Shown: piece after piece, positions 60,296-64,000 of the stretch
Position numbering within the stretch: the stretch's first letter is position 1
Layout of the letters: each line of letters starts with the position of its first letter
Assembly (NCBI GenBank): GCA_038087875.1
Contig: JAXLNO010000446.1
Coordinates: 124,001 to 188,000, forward strand
Direction of reading: 5' to 3'
Length of the DNA: 64,000 bases
From: Malacoraja senta
Lineage: Eukaryota
Program-made: the position numbers and the translations under genes
Notes under the pieces: model-generated
Told to the model about the DNA's origin: nothing
Seen by the model: the letters and a program-made list of their open reading frames with translations, nothing else
The model's database searches: none

Positions 60296-63200
60296 AATAG
60301 TAAGATTAAACGAGAACTTACCAAGTTTGAAGTTTGATCTTTATTTTATGAGGAGTAACGTTGAGGGATTACGTGAAGAAGCCCCGTCCGGCCGCACACG
60401 CGTCAATCTTTCAAAGCAGCGGAGTGACAATCACAGACGATAATTACTGAAGTATGATAGTAAGATGCATAAAGACTTAGAACTACCAGCTTGATCCTTT
60501 TATGAGGGTGGGAGCGGAGGGCACGTAATCCCTCAACGTTACTCCTCATAAAATAAAGATCAAACTTCAAACTTGGTAAGTTCTCGTTTAATCTTACTAT
60601 TTTACTTCGGAGTCACGTGAGTGACTACGTGAAGATTTCAAAGCTCTGTGATTTCACACCGTGGATTCAAATCCAGGTGTTCACTGCATCGATTGACTCT
60701 ATTTGAGTAAGCACAATCAACAATGCATAACCACAACATTTGAATGTAATCAGTTAATGGTTTTATTTATTTTAATAAAAGTAACAAAATTAGGGCCATT
60801 TATTATAATGGGGGATTTAATACTGTATCCAGCACGGCATCACCAAACCCTCTGAGATCTTTAATCTCCTTATGGTAATACTTGTGAAACATCTGTTCAC
60901 TTGCCCATCCTGCGGCCGCGAGAATAAGGTCTATTGTCTGAATCCCTGGCCGCTGATGTTGATGCCGCCCTGGTGGAATGAGATTTAAATTTATCAGTAT
61001 CAATACCTGAATATCTCAACACCTGTTTCAACCATCGTGAAATTGTTTGTGTTGACACTTTCTTATGAGGCTTTTTATGACTAATAAAAAATGCCAATTC
61101 GGTGCCTCTTAAAACTTTTGTTGTTTCTATGTAACATTTCACATATGTTACTACACACAGTCGTGGATCTGTAGGATATGCTAAAAATTCCAACTTGCAT
61201 CCTGTGAACCCAGGTCTACTTTGCTTCAGTAAATCATAGACATAGAATGTCACAGCATTTGGCCCTACTTTCATTCTATCAATTCTGAGTTTCTGTAATG
61301 TTTGAACTCTCTGAGCTGAAACTAATGCCATAAGCATAACCAATTTCATGGTGATTTTGGATAATGACAGAGTTTCAACTGGATTCCAATTCCTTAGCAA
61401 CATCAGTATATCCTTTACATTCCAAATTTCTGTATACCTAGGTCTGGGAGGATTAGAGTTGAAAATTCCTTTCATAAACCTACAGACCCGAGGATGTGCT
61501 CCTATTGGAGTTTGTTCTGATTCACTGCTTAAATATGCAGAGAGTGCACTTCGTGCAGTATTAATTGCACTATAATTTAATTTTAATTCATAGTATAGAG
61601 TAGAAAGGAACTCTATTACATCTGAAATTTCTGCTGTGTTATATGCAATATGTTTCCCTGAACAAAACTCCTCCCATTTCTTTATATAGGAGATGTACTG
61701 CTTCTGGGTACTATTCCTGCAGGCTGTTGTTATATCATCCACCGTACGGTCTGATAATCCTTTTCCAAGATATGGCCTTCTTAGAATCTGCAAATGAACA
61801 AACCAATATGATCATGTAAAGGATGTGGTTCATCAGTCACAGGGTGTACAAGCAGTTTAATCTGCTTTGGAATAACCATAAGGGTTTTTTTATTTTTTTT
61901 ATTAACACCAGTGGGTACCATAGCTGTTTAGGCCAATCTGGTACTACCAAAATCCCTGAGGCTGAATCTTGTTTAATTTTCTGTATGCATCTGTGGATTA
62001 AACAAAATGGCGGAAACGCATACAGAAACATACCACCCCAATGTAGCGAGAAAGCATCCACCACTACTGCTCCAGGATCAGGTTCCCATGACACATACTT
62101 AGGCAAACTGGTGGTTCAATCTTGATGCAAACAGATCAATTTCTGGCATTACAAATTGTGTGATAATTTGTGTGAATATTTTCCGATTTAACATCCATTC
62201 TGTATTATCATTAAATTTACGTGATCTTTTGTCTGTAATTGTATTAAATTTACTTGGTAAATATATTGCTGACAGCCAAATTTTCCTGGCAATACACCAG
62301 GTCCAAATTTCATTTGCCAATTTATCACATGATTCTGATTTTATACCACCCATGTGATTTATGTATGCTACAGCTGTAGTATTGTCAACCTGTACCTGAA
62401 CATGCACATTTCCCATATCAGTGCAATAAGCTCTAAGGCCGTAAAATGCGCCTAATAGCTCTAGGTAATTGATTCCCAGATTTTCCAGCAAAGGTACTTC
62501 ATTCACATTCCACCTACCTCCACAGCTGGAAATCATGTTAGTAGCGCCGCAACCCAGCGCACTTACATCAGTCTGTAGAGTGACGGAAGGTGTTTCTACC
62601 AGAACTTTTCTGGAAGCATTAGAAACATTGTTAATCCACCATTCTATTTCTGTAATGCATTAAATTGTTAATTTCATGGGCCTGTCAAAATGCCCTCTAT
62701 TCATTTTTAACGCTTGTACCTTAGCTCTCTGTAAACATTGATAATGCAATGGTCCAAACGTGACCGCTGGAAACCCTGCAATTAATTTGCCTAGCAAGCT
62801 TGCCACTTCTCTAATTGAAGGTGTGTCCTCGTTAATGAGTTTTATGCAACCTTCAATTAACTGCAGCTTTTATCTTTTGGCAAAGTGATTACCATGTGTT
62901 CGGAGTTAATTGTGAACCCTAGGTAATCAATCTTTTTGCTTGGTAACAATTTAGATTTTTGTAGGTGAATAATGAAACCTAATTTCTCAAAAATGTATTT
63001 GACTCTGGATACTGACAATTTTGCAGCAGCCAAAGTGTCCCCTACAATGAGGATATCCTCTAAATAAGCCATTAATACATGGCCCTCAGCTCTTAACAGA
63101 ACTAAAATTGGTTTGAGCAATTTAGTGAATACTCTTGGTGCTGAAGTCAGACCATTGGGCAATGCTTTAAATTGCCATAACTGACTCATCCATCTAAATT

Positions 63201-64000
63201 TCAAATATCTTTGATCATTACCATGCATTGCCACGGAATAATATGCATCTTGCAGATCTATGCTTGCCATGTAGCAATTTTCTGTGATTAGCTGAATTGC
63301 ATTAGTAAATGTTTCCATTTTGAAATGTTTGTATTGTACATAAAGGTTAAGATTTGTCAGATCCAATATGATTCTACATCCACCATCCTTTTTTGTTCTT
63401 GGAAAAATATTTGATACAAACTGATGGTGTTGTTCTACTGACTTCTCTATTACCCCCTTTTTGGTTAAAGTTTCTAATTCTCCTTTGATCAACTTATTCT
63501 CTTCTTTTGAGAAAATTCGTGACCAGTTTGAATTTCCTTGCCTTGGAGGATCCAAATGTGGATAGAAACTCAATTTTGAATCCTACAATGCTATTTAGAA
63601 TAAATGAATCATTTCTTTTAGGAAGAATCGTAACCTTCCCCCTACTTGTGAATGTGAAACATTTATTGTATTCCTTACCAGACCAGGACCCCCTACCTCG
63701 GGGTTTTCCACCGGCAATTGTCCGCTTCTGGTAGGCACATTGTAACCTCCACGTATCCCCGGTGCAGCACGCCAACGTGTATACGAGAATGATCGGCTTG
63801 TTCCTTCTCCAGCACCAGTATTCCGCCTGTAGGGATACTGCCTTCGCACCGCTCTGCTCATCATCGGTGGTTTCATCATCATGCCACTCAAGGTTCTTGA
63901 CTCTTCATTCAAGTCCTTTTAGCTTCTTTGCTAGATTTTCTCCAAACAGCAGCTTAGGCATTTGTATGTTGGTTTGTTTGCAGAGCCCTGCATACTTAGG
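60296..64000 (-). mobile_element. Second DIRS retrotransposon (3' part; runs off the window) with an intact ICR
   Basis: RT 62857-63573, RNase H 62099-62536, MTase-like 61837-62106, YR 60897-61793 plus 60803-61003 (AQRVQ, HSTR, AGW, FHKYY); 80-bp perfect inverted repeat 60296-60375 / 60522-60601. Confidence 0.96.

Noticed and set aside
60897..62106. Phage or bacterial integrase plus Dam methylase (contamination or HGT)
   Set aside because: Both sit in the standard DIRS order RT-RH-MT-YR with ITR and ICR.

Overview
This is eukaryotic, repeat-saturated genomic DNA with no identifiable intact host gene and one 200-N assembly gap (2515-2714). The repeat complement (HER1/CR1-type LINEs, HE1/V-SINEs, Penelope-like palindromic ends) points to a cartilaginous fish, probably a skate or ray; this is an inference. 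Most of the window is nested, decayed mobile DNA: many CR1 LINE fragments, three L1 3' copies plus one L1 5' end/ORF1, a near-complete Rex1-like LINE, an IR/DR Tc1 (DD34E), two DIRS tyrosine-recombinase retrotransposons, a deleted Gypsy LTR element, two Helitron-type non-autonomous elements, RTE-derived and V-SINEs, and hAT/Harbinger MITEs. The main signals are: (1) the Gypsy copy carries about 41 nt of primer tRNA-Leu instead of an 18-nt PBS, fused directly to the pol RNase H end, which suggests tRNA read-through plus a template jump; (2) a 2.86-kb Helitron with A|T insertion carries a THAP zinc-finger exon, a YY1/ETS/CRE motif triplet and three tandem arrays; (3) a 66-bp hairpin-forming unit derived from hammerhead-motif Penelope-like ends is tandemly amplified at five separate sites; (4) LINE-type insertions deleted most of a Gypsy LTR and the ICR of one DIRS; (5) a candidate 59-nt exon has a decayed duplicate 1.1 kb upstream. 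Family names come from motif recognition, not database searches, and boundaries without stated junctions are approximate.
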